Numbered from the whole stretch's first letter, positions 37,429-50,157 are shown. The stretch is DNA of 62,483 bases, filler included, from Rhabdomonas costata (GCA_019059605.1; 14 parts of 14 records of this genome joined end to end with filler, not necessarily neighbours in it), one strand, 5' to 3'. Numbers and translations are program-made. Notes: generated from the sequence alone by a model not told the origin.

Positions 37429-37899
37429 TGCTACACACCATTTTCGGGTAGTAAGGTTTTTCTAACCGCTTGTAAAAAGATGTGATGTTTGCTCTGTGGA
37501 GCGAGAACGTTGGTTGCACTTCCATGAGTGCAGGATCTTTTTTAAGCAATTTTGTCAGGACAAACTCTTTCAGAAACATTTTTATCCAAAAGTGTGGTGA
37601 TTACATCCACACAGCACCCGCAGACTAACTTCATTTCAAGGAAGATGCGAACTTCAAGAAATCTTGGGATAGTTGCACAACGTAAGTAGCTAATTGCAGA
37701 GATAGGTTTCACAGGGCATCAGCATTGATTCCAATGAATTTTTTGCTAATGAGAAGTTGGATGTTTAGAGGATGTCATTGCAAAGGCATGTAGTTTATAC
37801 GGTTTTTTCGCAATTCGTCTGAGTTAAGAGGACATTACTTCACGTCTTCGTGAGTCGCTCTTCTCAGTTTATCTTGCAACTCAGATGGATCCATACCTT

Positions 37900-39280
37900 C
37901 AACTTTCTCTAAGCCTTCCAATGGATTTTGTTACTTTGACATGTGTTAGACACCTTATCCCAATCTACAACGTTCCAACTCTCTTTCTGACACCAAACCT
38001 GAACTCTCGTATATCAACATATCGACCGATGAATATCAGTTTTCACTGGATTTAGAACTTCTTCATCATATTATCCTGGAGTGTCTGGTCATTGACTGGC
38101 ACTTTTTTCTTCACTCTCCTGTGGCAACATCCACACTGGATTTAAAAAAAACTGGCTTCTCCTAATGAATAATGTCGCTGGAGTGGAACGCTGGATGTGC
38201 AATACCTCTTATATCCTTTGGTATATCCAGAACAAAAGTCGTGTCAGTAATCCCCTTTACAATGGTAAAAGGTTCTACAACTTTTGGAATCAACATACAT
38301 GGAGGATCTCAAAATCTTCCTCCGTATTGTTTCATCTTGCTAATCAGAACATCTTGTACAACACAAAACTGGTAATCTGCTCTATTTCTATTCAAGTAAG
38401 CTTCTGCATTTAGCTTCTCTTTCCCAAACTCTGCTCTAACCTGCTTCCACACAGCTTTCATTTTACTTACACGGTAACGAACGGGTTCCCTTTTAGATCA
38501 TGGCCATGGATCTGTGGTTTCCAAAAGATTCCACAAGAACAAGGGGTGATCGGGTAAAAATGGCAGTACTCCCTGTTGTCAATTGTGCGCTGTTTATCTC
38601 AATCTCGGTCAGCACCACAAAATTAATCAATGTTCTACATCAACGTCCGAAACAATTGTTTCATTGTCTGATTGGTTTTCTCTGCCTGAAAATTTGTATG
38701 AGGATGGTAAGGCGACGACATTCTCGACTGTATATACATGAACGCCACTGGATATTTCCAAAACAAAGACACTAAGATCGTGTCTCTATCATTCACAATG
38801 CTCCCCGGAAACCCATGATATCTAACTACTTACCACCAAACAAATCCGCTATATTGTGACATGTAATCAACAAAACCATCTTGTTCGCTCTATTTGTCAC
38901 CTTAAAAATCACGTTTACCACTTGAACACCTCCAGAGAACTTCCATGGCCCCTCTGGAATTTTGACAGATTCCATGGAAATGGACTCCCACTTGTTCACT
39001 GGCACCTCCAGCACTTGCGTGTTACAGATGATGATTTGCCTGGCAATTTTGACTTACATCACAAGTCCTCACATTAGCTTTGACGTTTTTGAAAACAAAG
39101 ATCCTTATCATCGCTGAAGTTTTAGCCACTCCCAAATGTCCTCCGGATAGGGAATCATGATAATGCGATATAACTTCTCTCTCCAGCTGGTGTGGCACCA
39201 AAATCTCACTATATCCCAAATACGGCCATGATGACAATGTTTCAGCAGCTCTGCGGTTTTCACGTTGAAATACTTTCTGC
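37900..39280 (-). mobile_element. Degenerate Ty3/Gypsy integrase (HHCC zinc finger, core, C-terminal region)
   Basis: VISHYHDSLSGGHLGVAKT...VRTCDVSQ, LEVPVNKWESISM and HGFPGSIVNDRD, with many stops and frameshifts. Confidence 0.8.
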
Positions 39281-39287
39281 GTATAGA

Positions 39288-40057
39288 TGCAACGGCTCAG
39301 CATACGTAGGAAGAACGTGCTGCAGTAGAAAATAAAGAATACAGCTACAGCTTGGTGATCCAGACAAGATTTTTGTAGTAGCTTTGAAGCTTGGTTAGTC
39401 GCAAAAGTTGGTAAGGAGCTCACGGAGGAGATGAAAGTGGCGGCAAAGTCCAGCGGGGGGTTTGGGGCAGCAAGGCCCCGGCCAGCAGCTCCAGTTGAGT
39501 AGAAGGCCTTTTAAAAGCGCAGTGGGACCCCGGTGCTGGATGGCAAGCCACGAGAAGAAGCAGAGCGGGACGAGAAGCTGAAGAAGAACAACCCAGCGAG
39601 AGGAGAGGCAGCCAGAAGCCGAGGTCAGCGCAGAGGAAAGAAGGTCATGGTCAGAGAAAAGATAATAGCAAAAAATGACAGAGAAGCCAGAAGCAGCGAT
39701 CGAGAGCATATATCAGGAGAGAGAAAAGTAGGACAAAGGAGGCCGAATAGGAGAGAAAGTGAGACATCGAGAAGCAGGATAAAAATGGATGGAGCAAAAA
39801 GAGAAGCCAAAAAGCCAGCAGTAGCTGCAGTCAAAAGGCGCAATTTGAGCAAAAAGCCGAGTGAAATAGAAGCCAGGAGTCCCAAATGGATCGATGATGC
39901 CAAAGGCGGTGTGATATTTCCTATTGTTAAGCTGATCACGAAGAACACATTAGCGCTGGACATTCCAAAACAAATTCGAGGAAGAGCTCATCCGTTTTTT
40001 CATGCAATTGAATTAATTCCCTACAAGACGAGAGTTTTGGATCCAGTTGGATCCTGA
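39288..40057 (+). mobile_element. LTR-like repeat followed by a Ty3/Gypsy integrase GPY/F-type C-terminal fragment, abutting the older integrase in opposite orientation
   Basis: TGCAACGGCTCAGC start matches 8547. Downstream FPIVKLITKNTLALDIPKQIRGRAHPFFHAIELIPY resembles the HPVFHxSxLxPY motif. Confidence 0.65.
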
Positions 40058-40420
40058 AGATGATGACAGTGGTGGAGATGACGGAGGAGGAGAGGGACCC
40101 GAAGGAGGTGATAATTAGCCATCACCAGGATGACCCGTGCTAATGTGTTCTTCGTGATCAGCTTAACAATAGGAAATACCACACCACNNNNNNNNNNNNN
40201 NNNNNNNNNNNNNNNNNNNNNNNNNNNNNNNTTAATTAATTAANNNNNNNNNNNNNNNNNNNNNNNNNNNNNNNNNNNNNNNNNNNNTTTTTTTGGTTTG
40301 TCTATACTCCATCATCGGTGTTCCCTGGTATTGCACTTCAACTCAAACCGGATGGTTCTGGACATTTCGAGGCATCCGCTGTTGTGTTCGTAATAAGCAA
40401 AGCCCCCCTGCGCACCCCAG

Positions 40421-41338
40421 GACGGAGCCCCTGAAGCAGACGGGAGTGCCGCAGGACCAGGCTTTCACCGCGGCCTCCCGCCTGCAGAACAGTGTGCGGT
40501 ATCACCTGAAGACTCCCGAGGGCGAGGCGGAGCTGGCCGGGCCCCAGGGAGCGATTTGGGAGCATGTGTTCCGGGTGTCCTTTGGGATGAGCCTCCCCCC
40601 GGCTCTGCAGCTCAGCGTTGTCCGAGAGTAAGCGCGCTCCCCCGCTCATTTTTGTTTTTTGTCCTCTCGTGTGTATGTACACATGAATACATGAATAATA
40701 ATAATATGAGGGCGCTTCCCTTTCGCACTAGCTTCTGGCATGACTCTGGAACATTTTGCTTTCCATTTTTCTTATTTTTCCTCCATCCCATCCCTTTCAC
40801 TCCTCCATTCCCTCCGCCACGTCCCTACTCTATGCTTGGCCTCTTTGTAATGCATGCCCCTTCCTGCAGGACGTACCTGTTCTTCTTTCCTGTGTGCACT
40901 GACGCTCCCGCTTTCTCCCTTGAAGCAAAACGTCGCACTGTGGTGGATGATCCTGAGACCCACATGCAAAATCGCCCCGTTCTCGAATGAATTTCGGGGT
41001 CAGAGCTACATTCGTTTTAACGTGGTAATTCCAAGTGCTATGGTCGGGGGAAGGGGCAGGAACAGGCCCTGTTCGGAAGACTGTCTGCGCTACGCAACGG
41101 AGACTTTGAAGTTGAGTGTCTAGTGTGTCGTCCTACTCTCCTCGCGGTCAGCATTTCCCTGAAGCTTTGTGTGCACATCTGCGAGAAGAGCTTCACAGAG
41201 ACCCTGAAGAAGGCCACCGCTGGGCTCCCGAATGAGGCGAAGCTTCCCGTGATTATTGAGCACATGGAACGGCTCACGGCGCCAGTGTTCGAAACGTTCG
41301 GGCTGAAGGGTGAGGCAGGCTACCTTACCTTCCAGAAG
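40421..41338 (+). CDS. Two in-phase exons (40421-40627, 41152-41338) of an uncharacterised protein
   Basis: GC3-rich exons with AG/GT boundaries (GA|GTAAGC; CAG|C; AAG|GTACAG). Translation includes PVFETFGLKGEAGYLTFQK. Confidence 0.6.
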
Positions 41339-42610
41339 GTACAGCAAAGTCTTTGCCCGATGAGCATTGCGTGGTGCTATGTCGCAGTCTGCTTTCATGT
41401 GTTTCTTGTATATTTCAAGGCAGAACTTCTCAGGAAATGAGTAGTTGGGGAACACTGTTACTGTTGGAAGTCCAGTTCAATCCCAAGTGAGTCAAGCGAG
41501 GGAATCTGGGTCGCCGCTACTGTCTACAATCGTAAAACGGCAAATCAGCGTGCACAATCATGTTTCCCCTGATATCTGGTCTGACAGCATATCCCGTGAG
41601 GTCAAATGTTACGCCCAGCGACTCGGTCTTTCCCGTTCTCCAGCGAGCCAGTTTATGCTGTGATGTTCTCCTGAGTGAGGGATCATCGTGAAAAGAAAGC
41701 TGTGGCATAAAGTTTGGTGCCTTCGTTCTTTTAATCAACGGAGGGGACATGCTCTGTGTAGGCTCTTGTTGACCACACCTCGGACCCCTTCGTGAATCAC
41801 CTGACGCAGGCCTACAATTATATCACTGCTGAAGCGGCGGGAACAACGTTCTGAGAAAAAGTGTTCAGGAAGGACAGTCACAGTTGGTGCCGAAGCCTCT
41901 GCCTTGAAGCCGAGCACGGGGCTTCCGCCCGCACTCCTGAAACCCCATTTGCCTGCTTTTGATGTGGTGGGTCTCTCCTTTTGCAAGCAAAGGACATCAG
42001 CGGCACTGGAGTTGTGCGTTTAAGTTTGCAGTTTTATGGTGGCTCTCTCCAGCAGGAAAAGACTAATCATCCCGAGGAGGTTGTGATACCCTGATTTGCA
42101 ATACGTCTTGCATTTTTGGGCTCGTGGTGTTCGAATGCGGTAGATTCTCGTCAGGAGGTGCGCTAAAAGTTTGTCCATGATTCCTTACCTGGAAAGGCAT
42201 ATCAGACAACCCTCCTCCTCACCAGCTTGTATACAACCATTTCACATCTCGCAGACAAACTTGTACTATCATGGACACTTCGCTTCCATACATTCCAAAT
42301 TGGACTTGAGGGAACCTTTTACATGCCAGAACCGCGGGTTGGTGGGCCAGCACACACACAACGCCTGCAGACACCGGTGTTGCCCTTTCACCCATTCGAT
42401 GGAAAAGCCCAAAGGGTCGTTTCCGCGAGAGCAGTCCCCAGACCCCCCCCCCCCAAAAAAAAAGCAGTACGGAGCCGCAGAGACCCGAGCAGCAATGGAG
42501 TAGGGCGGCTTGCAGGTGGAAAAGAGTAGCTGCATGACAAAGGCCCGGTACTGGTGGGACAGAAGGAAGGTTACCGTGTGTGGAACGTTCGATGGCGAGC
42601 CGGTAACCCA

Positions 42611-42745
42611 CACCGTCATTCCCTCCAACGGTACCTCTCGCAAGTATGCGTGGCCAACAGCGCGTGCGCTCGTCAGTGCACAGTGGTCGTCAAGAGTCAG
42701 TCAGGCGACAGCCAGCGCGCCATGCGCCCAACACACAGACACACA
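42611..42745 (+). repeat. Dispersed ~130-bp repeat (SINE-like) with CA-rich tail; second copy at 56897-57030
   Basis: Shared CTCCAACGGTACCTCTCGC...GTGGCCAACAGCGCGTGCGC...GCCAGCGCGC.ATGCGCCCAACACACA on two contigs. Confidence 0.8.
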
Positions 42746-42880
42746 CAACCTCCATAACCCCTTCTTATGCGGAGCTTGGAGGCGGCGTCTGAGTATACGT
42801 ATTGTCAAGTTTTCGCAAGGGGTGATTCTCATGTGTGATTTGTACCAGTTTTTTGTCCATTAGTGGCTGCAGAAGATAAA

Positions 42881-43795
42881 ATGGGCTTCCTTGCCTTCGT
42901 GGTGAGTGCTGCAGCTCTGACAGCAGCGGCTTTCCTGGGACATGTTCTTCGAGGCGGTACATATGTCATGTGGAATGAGAAACCACGTCTTGCATCCACT
43001 TTGTCGCGGAACCCGGCAAACGATTCCGAGATTGGCCTCAAGGTGGTCGCGTATAGTTTGTACAACAATGTCAAGAAAATGAACATTGGGGCTCTTCGCA
43101 ATGCTCAGGAGATTTCTTTGGTGTTGGTGGGATGGCAGGCGTGGTTTTACGTTGACCACACCGTAAACGCTCAAGTGGTGCGTAGCCTTCGAGATTTTGG
43201 CGCGACTGTCATCGACATGGATTCCTCGCGGCATCCCTTTCAGAATGCTGGAAAGATGATGTGGCGGTTCTTTGCGATTGACGACCCCAGGGTGACGGCT
43301 GTTTTGGTGCGGGATGTGGACTCCCGGGTCTCCCTTCGGGAGTGGGTCGCGGTGAATGCGTGGCTTCGGTCTGGCAAGACCCTCCATGTGATGCGAGACA
43401 GCCCTTCCCACCGGGAGCCTATCATGGGTGGGATTTGGGGCGTTCGTGCAGCAGCAGTTCGGGAAAAGGTTAACATTACCATGGCTTGTCGAGCTATGGT
43501 GCGTTCCCGTGCGCAGTTATACAGTGTGGACCAGCTTTTGCTGAAGCGAGTTCTGTGGCCCGTTTTCCGGGATGACTCTCTCCAACACGACTCGTTCTAC
43601 TGTGCTAGGTTTGGAGCCCAACCCTTCCCAACAAGCCGCACCCAGAGCTGTGAGTTTGTCGGTAGCTACTATTATGAGGACGATAAGTTGGAGTTCGGTC
43701 GCGACACTGAGTACTTCAGGGCATCCGTCCGTGAGTTTGGAGCTAAAATATCGCCTGTGGCATGCCGGACGGATCCAGCAGCACGTTTTGGATGA
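42881..43795 (+). CDS. Intronless type-II membrane glycosyltransferase-like protein (GT-A-like, DxD motif)
   Basis: 304-aa ORF with an N-terminal hydrophobic anchor and motifs KVVAYSLY..GALRNA..GW..FY, MMWRFFAIDD, RDVDSR..LRE..AV..WL.SGK..HVMRD.P.H..PIMGGIWG, DQ.LL...LWP, HDSFYC. Confidence 0.75.
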   Translation: MGFLAFVVSAAALTAAAFLGHVLRGGTYVMWNEKPRLASTLSRNPANDSEIGLKVVAYSLYNNVKKMNIGALRNAQEISLVLVGWQAWFYVDHTVNAQVVRSLRDFGATVIDMDSSRHPFQNAGKMMWRFFAIDDPRVTAVLVRDVDSRVSLREWVAVNAWLRSGKTLHVMRDSPSHREPIMGGIWGVRAAAVREKVNITMACRAMVRSRAQLYSVDQLLLKRVLWPVFRDDSLQHDSFYCARFGAQPFPTSRTQSCEFVGSYYYEDDKLEFGRDTEYFRASVREFGAKISPVACRTDPAARFG

Positions 43796-45268
43796 GCACA
43801 CATCTTTTGCCGTCTCATCGCTCATCCAGTCGAAGGTGACAGCAACCAGAGCCCTAAACCCATTTTGAAGTCGCCGAAATGCAGAAGAAATGCGAAACAC
43901 TTCCGGTTACAAACACATTTCTCCGTTTGGCCTAAGGGATCACCACGTTCGCTTCTCTGGTGACTGCACGTGGCGAAACGCTCATGCAGCGCAGCCCAAC
44001 ATACGAGCTAGCAATTGGATGTGATCCGGTGGATTCGGCACATTCCTCGCTGCGTCGTGGTGCTGGATTCGATTGTTTTTATGAAGATTGTTTAGGGTGC
44101 AACTGACGCTCGACGCTGCAACTGATATTTCCTGTCGTTGCACTGCGATGCCTACTTCGGGTTTTGTAGCGTTTTTATGGCGGGTTGCTGGTGCAGATTT
44201 CACAGTGCATTTGCCTCACAGAATGACACACAAAACCTGATCACTCGGATTCAGTCCCAGGCAAGCAAGCGAATTCGGTGGAGGAGTATTTATTTTCTTT
44301 CGGAAGTCATGGCAGTGGTGCAGGTTCAGTACGGGTCTGCACTGCACACCGCTCCGCCATATCAAACGAGTATCTGAGTTAGTTTGAACCGACCCGTTTC
44401 CATGGCGTAATGCACCAGTCGCCTTTTCGTCCCATTTTAAGCTCATGTGAAAAACGTGAAAAATTAGCAGCCGCATCACTGCATCCGTTGCAGGTCCGTT
44501 GCAGGTGGTTGAGTGCCGTGACTTCGTTTTTTATTCAGCCCGTTTTCTTTAATCTGGTGCGAAACACATGCTGGTTTTTACCATTCTCGGTGCTCTAGCG
44601 TCTCTATTTCTGGCAGGCTNNNNNNNNNNNNNNNNNNNNNNNNNNNNNNNNNNNNNNNNNNNNTTAATTAATTAANNNNNNNNNNNNNNNNNNNNNNNNN
44701 NNNNNNNNNNNNNNNNNNNGTGGTTTTGTGACGGCGCCAAAGGGCAGCGAGGGGCAGGGCACAGGGACGTCTGCCTCCAGAAGGGCCTGTGTACCCCACC
44801 CAAAGGTCAAGGTGCGTCTCCGAACCGTTTTATCTTGCCCCGATTTGGCATGTGCACATGGATCCAAAACATCACAATCCGGAGCGTGTGAATTCGAGTC
44901 AGATCTCAGGATGCATCTCACAACCACTTTAGAAGTTCATTTGGCCTCGATTGGCAGAGGCAGATACCCCCTACCTCTACCTCTACCTCTCTATTCCATT
45001 ATCTGGAGCATGGCATTGGAGAAGTATCTTCACACATTACAGTTTACGGCAGAAACTGGTGTCTGCACTTTCTCTGTGAAGAAGAAAACCGGTAGAGGGC
45101 GCAAAGTGTAAAGCCATCAAGATCAGCCTCGGGAACAGAACACCATACAGATGGCTTTCTGCTCCTCCACTATATGCACTGTACCTGCATCAGGATGTGT
45201 CTGTCCAAAATTATCACTAAAGGAGGGCAAAAGCTGCAGCGCGGGGTGCAGGGAGGCGCGGGCCTTGC

Positions 45269-48200
45269 CTGCATGTTAGGCACCAGGTCGGGCAGGTAGG
45301 GCACCAGGTCGTCCACGTGGGGGAGCATGGCATGCAGGAATTTGGGGTGTAGCAGGGTAGGGAGGTGCACGCATAGTGCGGGGAGGTGGGGCATCATGGC
45401 GTCCATGTGGGAGACCACCACGGGCTGAAGGTCATCCTGTGGGCGGCGTGTGTGTGTGTGAACAAGTGAGTGGACATGTGTGTGTCCCGCGTCCCGCATA
45501 TAGGCCGTCTGGCTCAAGTGTGTGTGTGTGTGTGTGAACGGGGTGTATGGGGTTTATCCACCTGACAAAGCTTTGCTTGCTCCTCGATGTCTGCCTCGCT
45601 GTTTCCCGTGGCTCTCAGGCTCTCTCACTCTGTCACTTATTATTAGTGGCAGGCGGCAGTACCCAGGTCGCCGCACACTCGCCGGGTTACGTCTTTCCTT
45701 TGAAGAAGAGTGTTTACTTTGAAAGGGTGGTGGGAATGGGAAGTGGAAGACGGAGTGAATGTGATGGAAGGTTTCTGTTAAACGGTGGGTACATCAATCA
45801 TAATCGGCCTTTGTCGGAAGCTTTGACGGAGTTTTTCCAATGCTGCTTCCATTGATCCGACGCTTGCGGTCCTTGCGCAGTGATTCAAAAACGTAATCCC
45901 CCACCCGTGAAGCATTCCTGTCCGTCCGCCAAGCGCCTTTGCGCCACAATGCAATGTGGGGCAATGCGTGGGTGAGGTCGGGTGAACCTGCAGAAGGGCG
46001 TCCATGTGGGGGCCCAGGGACTCCACCAGCGGGGCGAGGCCCCCGATGTGGGAGAGCAGCACGGGCCCCAGAGGAGGAGCCAGCATCCGGGCGAGGTGCG
46101 GACAAAGTACCCCGAGGTGAGGGGTCAGTGGCTCCATCCATGGAAGCACCTGTGCCTTGTACTTCTCCTGCCACGCATCAACAGGTCAAGCACTCGCGCG
46201 CGCGCACACACACACACACGCACGCATACACACACACTTTGTGCATTTGGCAAGGGTGAATTTAGTGGGAAGAATTTCGCAAAGAACAAAAAAGGCAGTA
46301 CAACTTCAACATGTCAAAAACCGAAAAATGCTCACACTCAGTAACATACATACGAGGATCTGGTACTCCGCACACACATGTACACACACCCCGAGAAGGA
46401 GGTTGAGGTAGGGCGCCAGGTCAGGGATCCAAGGCAGCACCCGCGCCAGGTCCCTCAGGACGGCCTCGCGGTAGGGCGGGCGCATCACAGTGGCCAGGTG
46501 GGGGCACACCTCGTGCATATCCCTCAGCAGCGCAGGCAGGTGGGGCACCAGCACGGCCAGCATCTCAGGCTATGGATGTAAGCGTGGGCGAGGCGTGGAG
46601 CACCAAAGAGGCAGCCGGGCGTCCAGAGTGAAAAATGCAAAGTAACCACAGAGTTCGGCTCGGTACAAATTCGGTAGGGTTTAACCCACAAACCACAAAG
46701 CGGGCTTTTCACGTGAGGTCGAGGCTGAAAGTAAGGGTTCAAGCGAATGACGGAGAGCTCACGAGAGCTGCCTGACCCACTGGCACTTCGCACTGGCCGG
46801 GAGAAATGGGACCAGAAATGGAGACCTTTCAAGCACTCCCCAGATGAAGACTCGGGACCTACAAGCTTGGCAACCACGCAAGGAACCCCTAACCCACCCA
46901 CCCAGACTTCGCAGAACCGCCATTAGGGTCTCGAGGTGGGGCTCCATCAGTGGGATCTCCGGGATCAGCTTGCCCAGTGCCGGAACCACCTCGCAGGCCA
47001 CCTCCGGCCGCATCACCACCGGGATGTACTTGGCAACTTGAGGGAGCTCCGGGGCGATGGCCTGGCAGCGAAAAAAGAGAGACAGAGAGTGTGCGGGTAT
47101 GGCACCCCAATGAAGGCCGAAGGCAAACGTGAAAAGACCAGTGCCCTGAAATTCATTGTGGCGCATCTGTCGCAGGGGGGCGGAGATTTGCTTCCTATAT
47201 GCACCTGAGATCTTCGTGGGTGCCTCCGAGGCTCTGAAGTCTCCGAGGTCAGGAAGAAAAGCTATGATGGGTGGGGCTGAAAAAAGTCAAAAAGCTCAAA
47301 TCCGCGTTTTACCCCCCCCCTCCCCCGTAGCTGGACCTTGACATGGGGCAGCAGCTGGGGGGCCCATGGGGAGCCCAGCAGGATGTCCAGGTAGGGCGCC
47401 AGGATGGGCAGCACTACTGGTGCAACGGCAACCTGGTGGGTGGGGAAGGGACGAGGAAAAGGGGGCAATATGTTTGACGGCAACTATAGTCTGGCTGAAT
47501 AACCGAAGCAGCAAGTCATTACTCTTTTCGTTTGTTTGCAATGACGAAGTCGAAGGAGGAAATGCCCCACCTCACCACACCGCCCACGGGCGGGCTTGGC
47601 TCACTCCAAACAACATACCAGCCGCCTGCCAGGAAGAAACAAATAACGGTTGCTCGTTGGGGAAAAAATTCTTGTTGTATTCAGGTTGAGTCTCCTCTCA
47701 ATATCAACAGTTCACACGTTCTTCGCTTCCCCTTTCGTTTCTCGGTGTGTTCGCTTACCTACATCCGCCACTTGACGCTTTGCACAATGGTCACGCATTT
47801 GCACTGTTGTCGCGTGCACGAATCCCCTCTGCTGCTTCGACTTGGAGAAAAGGAGCACTCTAAAGAGTCTCTTATGGACAGAGGAGTCATTGCCTAACAA
47901 GACTACCAGTGTTGATCATGTTCACCAACGGCACATCCCCGTGTCTTTCGATCAAGCGCTTCACCTACTATCGTTTGCAATTCTGGTGGCTGGAAAGGCG
48001 AAGAGAAAGCGAACTGACTCCGAGCCACTGATCGGTGCTGCAGGGCAATCGCCCAAAAGCAGCATGCATCTGGATGAGAAGATCGCATTGGCAAGCGACA
48101 TAGAATAAATCTCTCGCCGCATAGAGCAAGGTCCAAGGACAAGGAGGGGGGTTGGTGGGCTTAAAGGCAAGGCCCCCAACCTGGGGGTACATCACGGTGC

Positions 48201-49040
48201 GGTGGGCGGCCAGGAGGGGAAAGTAGGGCCCGAGAGCGGGTACCCAGGGCAGGGCCCAGTCCAGGGTCCAACCCAGGTCCGCGGGCATCCCATCCAGGAG
48301 GTCAATCACGTCCCCCAGCACAGGCAGCACGTGGGGCACCGTGGGCAGCAGCTCTGTGTGGATGAGGAGTACACCCGACGAACGCTTGAGGTAGCTGTAG
48401 GTTTCCTTTCCTTTCAGTAACTGAGACTCGTTCTGCTTCAGACAGGACAGAGAAGCAGAGGCTTCCACATGACCACTGTGCAGCATGGATAAACTGATGA
48501 TGAATCTAAATGGGTACCTGCTCCCGGCTTTGGCAACTATCCGCCTCCAAGACATCCTTCAACTCATCACCAGTCCCTCCCAAGGACGGGGAAAAGGTAC
48601 AAGTTTTTATCCATTCCATATGTTTTATTTTCGCTTTGTTTTGTTAACGTGAAAATCAGCCCGGCCCTAGCCCGTCCCTGCCACACTTAGTTCCTCACAT
48701 CACACACACTTTGTGCACCTTTACGCCTCGCTGCCTCACGCACAAGCACACACACATACACACACCAGGAATTCTCGGGGCCATCACCGGGGTCATTCGG
48801 GCGACGGCCTGCAGCCTCCGCCAGAACACCGTGCGGTGGTGCAGCAGCAGGCCCACCCACACCGCCACCACCCACACCCCCGCCCAGCACAGCTGGGCGC
48901 TCCAGCCCTGCACCAAAAGGGCGTAGCACAGCCCCAGGAAGAACCCCGCAGAGACCCCCAGCAAGGGACCCTCCAGGTCGCGCAGCTGCAGGGGTCCTGC
49001 TGGGGACGGGCTGCTGCTGCTGCCGCCCGACCCCACCCAC
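45269..49040 (-). CDS. Multi-exon membrane-anchored Leu/Pro/His-rich repeat protein (LxP[HYW][LVM] repeats), partial
   Basis: GC-rich exons at about 48780-49040 (two TM-like segments), 48181-48355, 47338-47432, 46905-47062, 46393-46565, 45988-46149 and 45269-45437, e.g. LAVLVPHLPALLRDMHEVCPHL and MLPHVDDLVPYLPDLVPNMQ. Confidence 0.7.
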
Positions 49041-49660
49041 ANNNNNNNNNNNNNNNNNNNNNNNNNNNNNNNNNNNNNNNNNNNNTTAATTAATTAANNN
49101 NNNNNNNNNNNNNNNNNNNNNNNNNNNNNNNNNNNNNNNNNGGAGAGAGGAGGCCATGGCAATAATGCAGTGCACAATTCTGATGGGAAGTGGACCTACC
49201 AGAAAGAAACGTCTTTGTTGTACTATATCGGGTGGGCCTGGAAGCGGGTGACTGAGTTTAGTCGGCACAAGGTGGGGGAGGAAAGTGGTTATTTTTATAC
49301 GCTGCATTGGTGTAAAGCGCCATTGTTTACCAATCTTTGTTAATTAAAATGTTGTCCCGATTAAGCTTGATTTTCGTTTTTCGGATTGTTGAATTTGTGG
49401 GCTTTGTGTTTTCCTTTGAGGAGTTTCTTCTTTCAATTTTTGAAGAACCGGGCTATACGGTTGAACCGACAAATTTTGGATTTACTGTAGCTCCTAGCGC
49501 TTGTACATCAGATCGTTTGTTGATCCTGCAAACCCCCTTCCCCCACCGCCACGGGCACAAGACCTCATCACCCTTCTTTCCGCCAACGTCAGGGCTTCGT
49601 TAGGTTTTTTGTTTTTCGCATGGTGGTGTTGAAAAACACCGTTGACTTCCCTGCTCCTGC

Positions 49661-50157
49661 TTACGCCCGTTCTCCGCGGATGCGGCGAGCCAGCTGGATG
49701 TCCTTGGGCATGATAGTGACGCGCTTCGCATGAATCGCGCACAGGTTGGTATCTGAAAAATGAAACGAAATATATTTGAAAACCCTTTTAACTGTTGTGA
49801 TTTTTGAAGGAAGGTTCGGCTAATACACACATACACACCCTCGAAGAGGTTCACCAGGTAAGCCTCGGCGGCTTCCTGGATGGCCTGCACGGCGGAGGAC
49901 TGGAAGCGGAGGTCAGCCTTGAACTCCTGAGCGATCTCCCTCACAAGGCGCTGGAAGGGAAGGCGTCGGATCAGCAGCTCCGTCGACTTCTGATAGCGAC
50001 GGATCTCACGCAGAGCAACGGTCCCAGGGCGGAAGCGGTGAGGCTTCTTGATTCCTCCGGTAGCAGGAGTGGACTTCCGGGCCGCCTTGGTGGCCAGCTG
50101 CTTGCGAGGGGCCTTCCCTCCCGTGGACTTGCGGGCAGTCTGCTTGGTTCGGGCCAT
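49661..50157 (-). CDS. H3: Histone H3 (intron-containing, divergent)
   Basis: [21 protein letters not shown]... Exons 49839-50157 and 49661-49752, GT-AG intron 49753-49838. 136 aa ending GERA-TAA. Confidence 0.98.
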
